This document shows, in pieces, positions 11,738-23,690 of a stretch of 64,000 nt of DNA. Positions within the stretch are counted from its first letter, which is position 1. Each line of letters starts with the position of its first letter. Below the pieces are notes generated by a model, which did not search any database, was not told where the DNA came from, and was given only the letters and a program-made list of their open reading frames with translations. The translations under genes and the position numbers were made by a program. The stretch comes from Potamilus streckersoni (taxonomy: Eukaryota), in assembly GCA_016746295.1 (NCBI GenBank), contig JAEAOA010000822.1, positions 886,104-950,103 on the forward strand, given 5' to 3'.

Positions 11738-12646
11738 TGTTCAGCAATAAAGTGGACTGATCGTAGTATCACTGTGAATGCGCAGCAATAAAGTACACCG
11801 ATCACAGTATGTATGACTGAGCATATGCAGTAATAAAGTAGACTGATCCCAGTATGTATGACTGTGAATGCACAGTAATAAAGTAGACTGATCCCAGTAT
11901 GTATGACTGTCAATGCACAGTAATAAAGTAGACCGATCCCAGTATGTATGACTGTGAACACACAGTAATAAAGTAGACCGATCTTAGTATGTATGACTGA
12001 GCACACAGTAATAAAGTAGAATCATCCCAATATGTATGACTCTGAATACACAGTAAAGTAGACTGATCACAGTATGTATGACTGTAAAAACAAAGTCATA
12101 AAGTAGACCGATCCCAGTATGTATGACTGTGAATACACAGCAATAATGTAGACTGATTCCAGTAAGTATGACTGTGAAAACAAAGTCATAAAGTAGACCG
12201 ATCCCAGAATGTATGACTGTGAATGCACAGTACTAAAGTAGACCGATCCCAGTATGTATAAGTGTGAATGTGCAGTTATAAAGTAGACCTATCCCAGTAT
12301 TTATGACTGTGAATGCACAGTAATAAAGTAGACAGATCCCAGTATGTATGACTGTGAATGCATAGCAATAAAGAAGACTAATCCCAGTATGTATGACTGT
12401 GAATGTGCAGCAAAAAAGTAGACCGATCCCAGTAGGTATTACTGAGAATATGCAGTACTAAAGTAGACCTATACTAGTATGTATGACTGTGAATGCATAT
12501 TAATAAAGTAGACCGATCCCAGAATGTATGACTGTGAAAACAAAGTCATAAAGCAAACCAATCCCAGCATGTATGACTGTGAATGCACAGTAATAAAGTA
12601 GACTGATCCCAGTATGCATGACTGTGAATGCACAGTAATAAGGTAG
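11738..12646. repeat. 45-bp tandem satellite, about 20 units, same family and orientation as 1-465
   Basis: Same consensus as 1-465. It is more diverged in the middle of the array. ORFs 11707..12006(-) and 12500..12697(-) are periodic artefacts. Confidence 0.9.
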
Positions 12647-14084
12647 AGTCAGGTACAGGATATTGATCCACATATCCAGTCCATAATTCTGATACAAGAG
12701 ATTGTAACTACCAGTTGCTGGTCTCCATCTCGATGCCCATTATTTTACATGGTTTCAAGCTCTTGCATACAAGTTAATGTTTACATCTCTCAAGCTATGA
12801 TTGAAACTCCAACACAAATTCAAGGAATGATAACAGGAGAAAACTACACATACTGAGTGGTTGTCAGACTAATCTCACCCATGGTCTTAATTGGCAAGAT
12901 AAAACATAGCAGACCCTACACAGAGAAATGAGTGTCATGCTTTATGAACTTGTATGTATCAATGCAGAGATACCCACTATTATAAATACCTGTAGAAAGG
13001 GGCATGTATCCTGTACAGGTAGAGATTTAGACCATCGTTAGTAATATTTAGAAAGTGTCACTTAGAGTAAGATGTATTAGCTGCAAACCATGCATAGAAA
13101 ACTTACTTGCACTTGTCCAACCATACAGCTATACAGTAAAATCAGTGAGTATTCCATATTACACACAAAACCCTGCATATAAAAAAGGAATGGAAGCACC
13201 ATTCTTGATACTTACAAAGTAGGCACTACAATAGCCATTATAAGACCAAAATTGCATTGGTATAGAAAACTTACCTGGATGTACCCAGTTGTAGAAGAAA
13301 TATAAATATCTTAGGAGTTGTCTATAGCCACAACAGACACTTGCATGCACATATAAATTAAAACTATAGCCATAACTATTGTGAAATCTCATAGGCTACC
13401 AGTGCAAGTATGTAAATACTATTAAGTGATGCCGAAGTGATAATGATAAAAGCAGAAGTTCATAATCATAGAAAGAAAGAAAAGTTGGAAATATAGATGG
13501 AGTATGCTTACCTTTTGAAAGTGTAACCAGAAACCTGGTAAAGGATTTTGCAAAGTCTCTCTTGAGAAGAACAAAATGGTTCACAAGAGCAAGTAATAAC
13601 TGGCAATTTCACAAGATTTTGCCCCAATCTCAGTACCATGGGGAGATGATGCTACCTAAATGCCACTAGGTGGGCAGAAAGTTTAGCTTTGAAGATCAAA
13701 GTATTTAGCCTGGGAGGGCTGGATTTGCACAGTAGTGGTAGACCTAGTAATAAGATATTATGATCAGGTAATGTATTCTGAAGAAGACAAGTTATTGCCC
13801 TTTCTTGTTTTTCTACTTGTATTCACTCTATAAAAAAGTATACAGATGTATAATGGGGAATTATTGAAGGAGATCCATATCTATATCACTTAAAGATCTA
13901 TACATACCTAAATCTACAAAATATACTATTTTGTGTTATAAACTGATTCATATTAAGGATACATACAGCTGTATCTCTTGTCATTTCTCTGGGCTTATAA
14001 AGCAAGCCTGTAGCATATGCAACTGGAATACTGGTAGATGGCATTCTTGCAAACGAATCTGGAGTGATCTCATCCTGTCATAAG

Positions 14085-14340
14085 AACAGAAAGTACAGAA
14101 TTCTAAATGCATGTACTGTAACAACCACTAACCATTTGCAATGTCTAAACTTATTGACTGCAACACTTTTGATAAGCCCTCTCAACAAAACTTCTTTATC
14201 AGCTAAATCAAAATGAACCAGTATATTAAATTTTTCCAGTACAATAATCATAATCCTTAAATTTCTTCCTATCAGAGTTAATAAATGCATCAATTAAGGT
14301 ATTACATATCATCAGAAGTTAATAATTAACTGCAAAGCAT
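14085..14340. repeat. Dispersed repeat family copy 3
   Basis: It contains agaacagaaagtacagaattctaaatgcatgtactgtaacaa ... cttctttatcagctaaatc ... aatgcatcaattaaggtattacat ... gttaataattaactg. Confidence 0.5.
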
Positions 14341-14983
14341 AATGACAGAGAGTGTACTAAGGATGGTGAAGATGTTGATTACAGACAGATGAATTGTGAG
14401 CATTTACTTAATTAAATTCATCAATTAGTTTCTTAATTCATACTGGTGATGATCCTTGATATGCATCTAAATGCTGTGTCACAGAAATCAAATGCACAAC
14501 AAAAATTATCAAAATCCATAAATTATTTGGATTTTAACTTTATTTTAAATACCAGTAAAGAAATGTTAAAAGGTTTTTTTTAATTTTTAGCTGAGATTGA
14601 TTGCCATGTTTAAAAAATAAATGGGACCTTCATGTGTTTGCAGGGGAAGGCAATTCATTCCAGGGTACATTAGTCTGCATACATGTAGATAACTAGACCG
14701 ACAGACTTCTTTGTACTAGCCCATCCTTTAAGTATACACTTTCCACTTTCATGAGATTATTATAGTGTCTTATCAGCCAGATTAATAAATTAATATCATT
14801 ATCCCTTTTATACATCAAATCAAATACTGAAACATCATCATGTCACAAAACGTCATGACCTCATGGTAAAATGTCAAACATATCCAAATGCTTTGGATGT
14901 GAAACATTCAAACCATTTAATAAACTTTGTAAATTAAATTTAAAAAAACAAAAGAAAGTCTATATTTATCATGATTAAATGAT

Positions 14984-15276
14984 GTTATTTAATTATGATT
15001 TTTAATGTAGTTTAAACAATTTTTCGGTCATATCGCTACAATGTCTGCAGTAAGACAGTAAGACAGTTTATAGTGATGTTTAGCACTGGGGCACTCAGTC
15101 ATATTATCCTGACACCATGCCAACCAGTCCTAACACTAACCTCTTAATGCTGAGCATCAATCGAGACAGCTGTTAGCACCATATTATTAAGTTTTTGGTA
15201 TGACTCGACCAGGGATCAAACCCACGACCTACCGCATCCGAGGCAGATGCTCTAACCACTAGGCCACTGGAGCAGT
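14984..15276 (-). mobile_element. tRNA-derived SINE (family 1), copy A, A-rich tail, 13-bp target-site duplication
   Basis: Minus-strand head is ctccagtggcctagtggttagagcatctgcctcggatgcggtaggtcgtgggtttgatccctggtcgagtcatacc, with A box and B box. It shares a conserved body (cagcattaagaggttagtgttaggactgg...) with copies B to D. Flanks atgattaaatgat (14971-14983) and atgattaaacgat (15277-15289) form the duplication. Confidence 0.75.
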
Positions 15277-17029
15277 TCATGATTAAACGATATTGTTTTC
15301 ATGCATTTATATTATTTCATAAAAATATCTTACCCGAGTACTCATTTTATATTAAATTTATGAAACATCAAAAATTTTGTTCTTTAGCACACCTTGTAAT
15401 GTAGTAGATTTTTATGATTACTGTTATATTATATTCCTTTAAATGCATTTATGGCATGGTCTTCACAAGAAAAAAGTTGAGTTTTTTTATTTATATGGTA
15501 AGCATTTTATTGTAATTCATTATTTGAAAAGAAATTTGTTTAATCAGTATGGAGTTGTTTTTTTTAAATTACCATTGTAAAAGCAAAATCCGACATAAAT
15601 CTGAATCTATCAAAAGTATGAAAGGGTTAAATAAATGCTGCATATTGCTAAACCACAAATTCCATTGGTATATGGCTTATACCAATACCTAATATTATGG
15701 GAACAAATTAAACATGCCAAAATTGAAATCATATAAATTGAATAGAAAAACTGGTTAAATGAAGAGTCTAGATATACATTACATATGTGCAAGCAGGCTG
15801 AGAAATGATTTCCTAACAAAGGAGTCTGTTTGTCACATGGATGAGTGGCATGCCAATACAGCTGACATCCAAATGCATACAAAATATAACAGTGGATATA
15901 AATAAATCTAAAGAGTGACAACAAATATTTGGCCGAAATATGCATGGAAATGATACATAATTTTTACTAGAAATTTTGAAAAAAAGTGATCCTGAAAAAA
16001 TCCAATTTTTATCAGAGAAAGGCACTTTAATGACTGAATTTCTTTCAGTGTTGAACAGCAGAGACAAAAATATGTGGCACACAAAAGTGACCAAACAGAC
16101 TGGATACAATGCTTTTAGTCAGAATCAATAGTTATACTGATGAAGTTATGGATCACAGTGACCTACATTCGTAGTGAAGTTGAAGCATTTATTAAGATGC
16201 TCACCACGCCAAATTCATGATTCCTGGAGTAACAACATATATTATATAGGAATGCACAAAACCTGAGATGAACACAAAAACTATTCCTAGAATGTACTAA
16301 TATTGCCATGGATGTACAAAGTCAGTGACCTTCTCAATGGAAAGTACAATGAAGCCCACTTGAAACTGGTGCCTATTACCCAGGAAGAAAACTTGGTGGA
16401 GAAGCATTAAACTAAGCATGCTTTAAAGTATGTAGATTCCAATGCTTAATAAAGGTGGGATAATATGTGTACTTAATAGGTTTTGTCCACCATTCTATTC
16501 AATGCATCACTGCACTAATATTGATACCAATATCCTTTATCTATCTATATTAATTGTAAGTTCAGATGTACCAAGACTATTTTTCTTCTATCAGGCACTC
16601 ACCTGCTTACATCATATAAAAAAATAACACATGCTGCTTTTTCTTCAAAAAAGTTGGATTTGAATGAAATGACATGGGACTCTTCCTGAACCTGCTGAAT
16701 AATGTGATATTCTATGCAAAGCCAAGCAACTGAACTCAATAAATGTATTATTTTCTGTTCAGGCTTTAATGCTTTTTAGTACTGAATGCAAGAAATATTA
16801 TTCAATTGTTGGCAAATTTCCAGGAAAAATCATAATAAAATTATGTTTTTAGGTGCTGCAAAAGGATGAAATTATAGCCAACATGTTCAATTAGTTTGGT
16901 GATACCACAAAATATTGACGAGTTTAAGGTTTACTGGATAAGATTATTCCATGAGACTTTGGTTACTGAAAAGGGTTTATCCAGTTCAGGGTTGCCACAT
17001 GAAAACTTCATCATATATTAAGAAATGTT

Positions 17030-17895
17030 TTAAATGACTGAATGAATAGCCATTACAGATCTGGGACTATGCTCTTGGCATGAAATTACAGAATGAATAG
17101 CCATCACAGATCTGGGACTACAATCTGGGCTTTAAATGACAGAATGAATAGCCATCAATAATCTGGGACTACAATCTGGGCTTTAAATGACAGAATGAAT
17201 GGCTATCACAGATCTGGGACCATGCTCTTGGCTTTAAATGACAGAATGAATAGCCATCACTAATCTGGGACTATGCTCTTGGCTTTAAATGACTGAATGA
17301 ATAGCCATCACTAATATGGGACTACAATCTGGGCTTTAAATGACAGAATGAATGGCTATCACAGATCTGGGACTATGCTCTTGGCATGAAATGACAGAAT
17401 GAATAGCCATTACTGATCTGGGACTATGCTCTTGGCTTTAAATGACTGAATGAATAGCCATCACAGATTTGTGACCATGCTCTTGGCTTTAAATGAGAGA
17501 ATGAATAGCCATCACTAATCTGAGACTATGCTCTTGGCTTTAAATGAGAAAATGAATAGCCATCACAGATCTGGGACTATGCTCTTGTCTTTAAATGAGA
17601 GAATGAATAGCCATCACAGATCTGGGACTATGCTCTTGTCTTTAAATGTCAGAATGAATAGCCATCACTAATCTGGGACTATGCTCTTTGCTTTAAATGA
17701 CAGAATGGCCATCACAGATCTGGGACTATGCTCTTGGCTTTAAATGAGAGAATGAATAGCCATCACTAATCTGGGACGATGCTCTTGGCTTTAAATGACA
17801 GAATGGCCATCACAGATCTGGGACTATGCTCTTGGCTTTAAATGACAGAATGAATAGCCATCACTGATCTGGAATTATGCTCTTGGCTTTAAATA
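17030..17895. repeat. Tandem satellite of about 52-57-bp units, about 16 copies (gaatgaatagccatcacagatctgggactatgctcttggctttaaatgaca)
   Basis: Visible periodicity. Unit starts at 17040, 17091, 17142 and 17194. Confidence 0.9.
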
Positions 17896-18269
17896 TATAA
17901 TAAATGTGTGAAAGGCAAAGGTACCAATAAATTGTATTTGGATTTCAATGCAAATGTAGATTCATGTACTGAATTGTCAGACATCTCTGGCTAAAGTATT
18001 TTTTTCCAAACAACTTTTTACCTGATTGATAAAATTACTTTGCATCCATGTATTGTCACAGCTTAGGTGACAAATTTAAGTGGAGAGATAACTTATTTTT
18101 TTTTAAAACAAAATCAGTTTTCAATTTATTTTCTACATGATAAACATTTCCTACAAAAAGAGGATTATTATATAACTAGTCTGTAGAGATATAAATGCTT
18201 TTTTAGCTATTTTTCAAGTGAATCTAGAGTAGGATATTTTCAGCAACAATTTTTAATTTAAAATAAAGT

Positions 18270-19560
18270 AAATATAAAAAGACAAGAGGGAAATTAGATT
18301 ATTATTAATATGCAAATAGAAAATAGACCAACATTGTTATTAAATATTTATGATCCAAATAAAGACTCTCCTAATTTTTATCAGAAGTTAAAAACTGACT
18401 TAAATGACTTTCAGGATAACTTCATAATTCTATGAGAAGATTTTATTTTTGGTTGTGAATAAACAACAAGATACATATAATTATTTCGGAGTAAACAACC
18501 AAAAATCAAGAGAAAAACTGAAAGAGATCACAATGAATTTGGAATCATTGATATCTGGAGAGAAATTCATGGAAAAAAGAAAAAAATACAATTGAAGGTG
18601 TAGAAAGAAAAGAGCAAGGTTTGATTTTTTTTCCTTGTTTTGGAGAACTTTTCTATAGATATTGTAGCGACAGATATTGTACATGGGTAGAGAACAGACC
18701 ATTTTCTCTTAACATTAGTGTATATAAAATTGGGAACTTCAAGGAGGGGAAGACACTCTGGAGGTTCAATAACTTATTATGTAATGACAAGACATATATT
18801 GAAAATATCAAAGTAATTAAAAACATTCCATTACATTATTTGTCAGATACTTGTATCCACAATGATGTCAGTGAGATTCCAAATCATGAAATACAATTTA
18901 TTATAAATGACGAACTATTTTTTTGAAGTTCTTTTAATAGAGTTCTGGGCTAGAACAATATCTGATTCTTCTTTCAAGAAAAGGCAAAGAGAGACTAGAG
19001 AAAGATCTAAGTAAAGAGATTAATAATTTATTGGGTGATAAAGAGACAATCAATATAAATTTGATAGGTGAAAAACAAAATGAATTACAAGAATTGCATC
19101 AGAAAAAATGTAAGGGTCATATAATTAGGTCTAGTTAGATGAACTGAAGAGGATGAGAAAATGACAAAATACTTTTACAACTTAGTGAACCAAAACTATC
19201 TCAGCAAATATATGAAAAGTCTCATAAAGTAAGATAACACTAAATTAACAAAAAGAAATACTTGAATAGACATAATCCCCTTAAAAAGTCTATATGCCTC
19301 AAAAAATGTGAAAAATGAAGATTCATTATAATACTCAATGCCACTTATATTCCAAAACTAAATACAAAAACAGAGCCAAGAATTAAAGGGCAGATTTCTT
19401 TTTCTGAAGATTTAGCTGCCTTAAAAAATACAAAAATCAGTATAAATCCAGGCTATGATGGGTTTAATGCTAACTGCTATCCATATTAGTTTTGCAATAA
19501 TTCTGTTTTCCATATATCAAAACTGTTTATGAATACTTGCTTGTAAAATCTAGGTCAATG
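18270..19560 (+). mobile_element. Degraded LINE (non-LTR retrotransposon) fragment: C-terminal APE endonuclease, linker (Z) region and the start of the RT finger region; frameshifted, no intact ORF
   Basis: Plus-frame translations include LLLNIYDPNKDSP (EN motif), GIIDIWREIHGKK (EN C-terminus DIWR..TW), CSDRYCTWVENRPFSLNI..TLWRFNNLLCNDKTY (compare L1 ORF2 SDHS..WKLNNLLLND), GHIIRS, MTKYFYNLVNQNY and ALKNTKISINPGYDGF (KSPG.DG motif). Stops and frameshifts occur between blocks. Confidence 0.6.
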
Positions 19561-19744
19561 AATTTGCATGTTTCTGCATTCTGTCTATGAGGTAACACTG
19601 AAGACAGTGCAGTCATGAAATACACATTTTGTGACCTTTGGCATATATTTGTTCAAAAGATATACATACTGTAACAAGTCAGCAAAATATGAAAGTTTCA
19701 GTCTGAATCCTGCCTTATTCTCTATAACACTCTCATGTATGGTA

Positions 19745-19870
19745 TTATTATAGTATTAGAAGAATGAGTCAGTCCAAATTCCAGAACACACCTCTAGAAG
19801 AATGAGTCAGTCCAAATTCCAGAACACACCTCTAGAAGAATGAGTCAGTCCATATTCTAGAATACACTTC
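19745..19870. repeat. Three copies of a roughly 38-bp unit (agaagaatgagtcagtccaaattccagaacacacctct)
   Basis: Direct visual repeats. Confidence 0.85.
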
Positions 19871-21394
19871 ATTTGTTTAATTTTCTTGATCAAGTATTGT
19901 TTTGTTGTTCTGACAGATTTGAGTGGAAACAGGTAAACAATCCAGCAGTCAAATAACAATTTTTCTTAAACATGACAGCTTTAGTACAGATATGAACAAA
20001 GATGCTAAAGTGATTTCTATGCTCAGCTCTAGCCAAAGCGAGTTCATCAAAAGCATCCATGTTCTTTTCCTCATTTTTCTGCTATATTCTATGGGTTGTT
20101 TCTTAATTGTTATATAGCATATTACATATTATAGATTTGCCATGTACACCACTTCTCAATAAGTCAGTCCCAGATAACTCACAAAATTACTTATATGAGC
20201 ACAGCATCGATAACATTTTTTTCAAGAAAATACCAAAAAAAATGGGCCCTTATTTCTTGATGGTGAAGAAAATTGCAATCAAAATTTATGAAACACTGAT
20301 ATATTGCTTGATTATCATCAAAAATGGCTGTTAGTGTCCAGAAATTTAAGCCAACATCATGAAACTCTCAACTTATAATAAGTCCTATAATTTGTTACAT
20401 TTTCTTAAATAAAAGAAAAACATTCTCAGTACAATGTAAATAACAATCTTTGATAAAGATTTTGATCATTAAAAATGTCCCTCATGTCTGCTGGTGTGAA
20501 CACCAACCTTAAGAAATAAGCAGTAATGAAATACATTTTGTCAAGTCAAATTTATGTTTTAGATTAGTTTCAGTATAATCACATAAATGTCACTCTAACA
20601 TAACTACATATGCAGGTGTTTTTGCAAGAACCTTATTAAGTGTCTTGATCTATGATTTGCTGATGTACTTAATTTATTGTTACATTCAATTAAAAGCAGA
20701 CACGCTCTGTAGAATCAAGTTAATATCACTGTATCAAATTAAATAATGGGAATAATATAAATTTTAAAAAAGTTAAAATGCATAAAAATCCGACCTATGT
20801 AAGTGCTAGCAGTCAGAGTCATGTTTCAAATCAAATCATTTGAACTGACCACTGTCTTAAATATTATTGTGTAAGTAACAATTAAACTATCTTAAATTAT
20901 CCTAGTCATTCACAAATGTGATCAAGCTAATGAATTCAATGAATTCAAAGCTTTGTTTGACGGATACTTTTTACTATGGAGAAGTTCAAAGTTTATAGTT
21001 AACATAAATTCCTGAATTAACACTTAGCAACATGCTAAAGATGACCAGAAGTTTCTCTTTTACCAGCAATAAAAATACTTCATCAATATTTCACTAACAA
21101 AACAATTTTTAAAAAATAAAGTTTCAACATTGACCATTTTTTCACAAAACAAATGTCTCTACTTTTTGATAAAAAGAAATCTTGTTTGCTGTGCAAAGAG
21201 TAGTGATGAAATACACAATGTTATGGAGGTACACAACAAGACACAAATGTATGATATGTGTTGAAACTACTCTGAGTTATATTATTTACACAACCTTCTA
21301 GAGACTGGTTAACTAGAAAATAAAGCTATTTTTATACCAAAAAGTGAAAATGATTATAAAAAGTATTAAGTCATTAACCTGCACCACTACTCAC

Positions 21395-21470
21395 CCACTC
21401 TTCAACAGTACCATGATGTCTATCCTGGATGGCACCCCCTTCTTCATTTGATAGAGGTCCTTCATTAACT
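21395..21470 (-). CDS. Candidate internal exon (acidic peptide ..NEGPLSNEEGGAIQDRHHGTVEEW in one frame), ending at donor GAGTGG|GTGAGT
   Basis: Minus-strand donor gtgagt is the reverse complement of actcac at 21389-21394. The frame is open. The acceptor is ambiguous (..gtgcaag|tt or ..gaag|ga). The reading frame relative to the upstream exon is unresolved. Confidence 0.25.
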
Positions 21471-21577
21471 TGCACACTCACTTTTAGTGTGGTCTGCTTT
21501 TGATCACATGTGCACAAGTTATTAAGGGAAGGTGTATTTAATTCAATCAGGATACACTTCTAATTGTCAATACTAAC

Positions 21578-21664
21578 CTTAGACCAAGTTTGAGCACTTT
21601 GTGTGACTTCATCACCGTCTCCAAACCCCATGCTTTCATATAATTCCTCTGCATATTGTAAATC
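21578..21664 (-). CDS. Candidate exon of 87 nt encoding DLQYAEELYESMGFGDGDEVTQSAQTWSK
   Basis: Minus-strand acceptor attttgacag|GATTTAC and consensus donor TCTAAG|GTTAGT. The frame is open. The peptide is non-repetitive and acidic. Confidence 0.35.
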
Positions 21665-21865
21665 CTGTCAAAATAGAATGGAGATTAAAAGATACAATTT
21701 AATATGACAAAAATATTAGTGGCATTTCTGAAAGAATGCTAAAAAGGTTAATTCTCATTTCTCTCTAATTATGTATAATTGACATTTTCTGTGCTTAACA
21801 AAGACTGAAATTTGCTCATCACATCTTGTGCCACACATCAATTCCAGTAAAACTCTGAGCCTGAT

Positions 21866-23584
21866 TTGACAGTTAATATTACTCTGTTATTTGTAAATGA
21901 GTGTACATTGTACTGAGCTCTCTCACAGACCTAGACTTGACAGTTAATATTACTCTGTTATTTGTAGATGAGTGTACATTGTACTGGGCTTCCTCACAGA
22001 CCCAAACTTGACAGTTAAAGTTAATATTACTCTGTTATTTGTAAATGAGTGTACATTGTACTGAGCTCTCTCACAGACCCAGATTTGATAGTTAATATTA
22101 CTCTGTTATTTGTAGATGAGTGTACATTGTACTGGGCTTCCTCACAGACCCAGACTTGACAGTTAAAGTTAATATTACTCTGTTATTTGTAGATGAGTGT
22201 GCATTGTACTGGGCTCCCTCACAGAACCAGATATGACAGTTAATATTACTCTGTTATTTGTAGATGAGTGTACAGTGTACTGGCATTCTCACAGACCAAG
22301 ACTTGACAGTTAATATTACTCTGTTATTTGTAGATGAGTGTACATTGTACTGGGCTTCCTCACAGACCCAGACTTGACAGTTAATATTACTCTGTTATTT
22401 GTAGATGAGTGTACATTGTACTGAGTTCCTCACAGACCCAGACTTGACAGTTAATATTAGTCTGGTTTTTGTAACTAAGTGTACATGCTACTGGGCTTCC
22501 CTCACAGACACAGACCTGACAGCAAACATTAGTGTGTCATTTGTAACTAAGTGTACATGCTACTGGGCTTCCCTCACAGACTCAGACCTGACAGCAAACA
22601 TTAGTGTGTCATTTGTAACTAAGTGTACATGCTACTGGGCTTCCCTCACAGACACAGACCTGACAACAAATATTAGTGTGTCATTTGTAACTAAGTGTAT
22701 ATGTTACTGGGCATCCCTTACAGACACAGACCTGACAGCAAACATTAGTGTGCCATTTGTAATTAAGTGTACATGTTACTGGGCTTCCCTCACAGACACA
22801 GACCTGACAGCAAACATTAGTATGTCATTAGTAACTAAGTGTACATGCTACTGGGCATCCCTTACAGACACAGACCTGACAACAAACATTAGTGTCATTT
22901 GTAACTAAGTGTACATGCTACTGGGCATCCCTTACAGACACAGACCTGACAACAAACATTAGTGTGTCATTTGTAACTAAGTGTACATGTTACTGGGCAT
23001 CCCTTACAGACACAGACCTGACAGCAAACATTAGTGTGTCATTTGTAATTAAGTGTACATGTTACTGGGCTTCCCTCACAGACACAGACCTGACAGCAAA
23101 CATTAGTGTGTCATTAGTAACTAAGTGTACATGCTACTGGGCTTCCCTCACAGACTCAGACCTGACAGCAAATATTAGTGTGTCCTTTGTGTCTGGGCAT
23201 ACATGTCATTTGTAACTAAGTGTACATGTTACTGGACTTCCCTCACAGACCCAGACCTGACAGCAAATATTAGTGTGTCATTTGTATCTGGGCATACATG
23301 TCATTTGTAACTAAGTGTACATGTTACTGGGCTTCCCTCACAGACCCAGACCTGACAGCAAATATTAGTGTGTCATTTGTATCTGGGCATACATGTCATT
23401 TGTAACTAAGTGTACATGTTACTGGGCTTCCCTCACAGACGCAGACCTGACAGCAAACATTAGTGTGTCATTTGTATCTGGGCATACATGTCATTTGTAA
23501 CTAAGTGTACATGTTACTGGGCTTCCCTCACAGACCCAGACCTGACAGCAAACATTAGTGTGTCATTTGTATCTGGGCATACAT
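21866..23584. repeat. Complex tandem satellite of about 24 units with two related subfamilies (71-77-bp units to about 22440, then 72-73-bp units), plus a roughly 90-bp derived variant from about 23160
   Basis: Subfamily 1 unit is gacagttaatattactctgttatttgtaaatgagtgtacattgtactgagctctctcacagacctagactt. Subfamily 2 unit is gacagcaaacattagtgtgtcatttgtaactaagtgtacatgctactgggcttccctcacagacacagacct. ORFs 22405..22908 and 22892..23215 show a 24-aa periodicity and are artefacts. Confidence 0.9.
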
Positions 23585-23589
23585 GGTTG

Positions 23590-23690
23590 AGACCTCCCTC
23601 ATTTTAACACTGTTAATGATAGCCATAAAAGTACTCCACGCTCCCTCATTTTAACACCATTAATGATAGCATAAAAGTACTCCACATTAA
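23590..23690. repeat. Two copies of a roughly 50-bp motif (ccctcattttaacac..ttaatgatagccataaaagtactccac), related to the repeats at 43540-44170
   Basis: Shares the motifs cctcatt(a/t)taaca and gccataaaagt with the 43.5-44.2-kb array. Confidence 0.6.
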
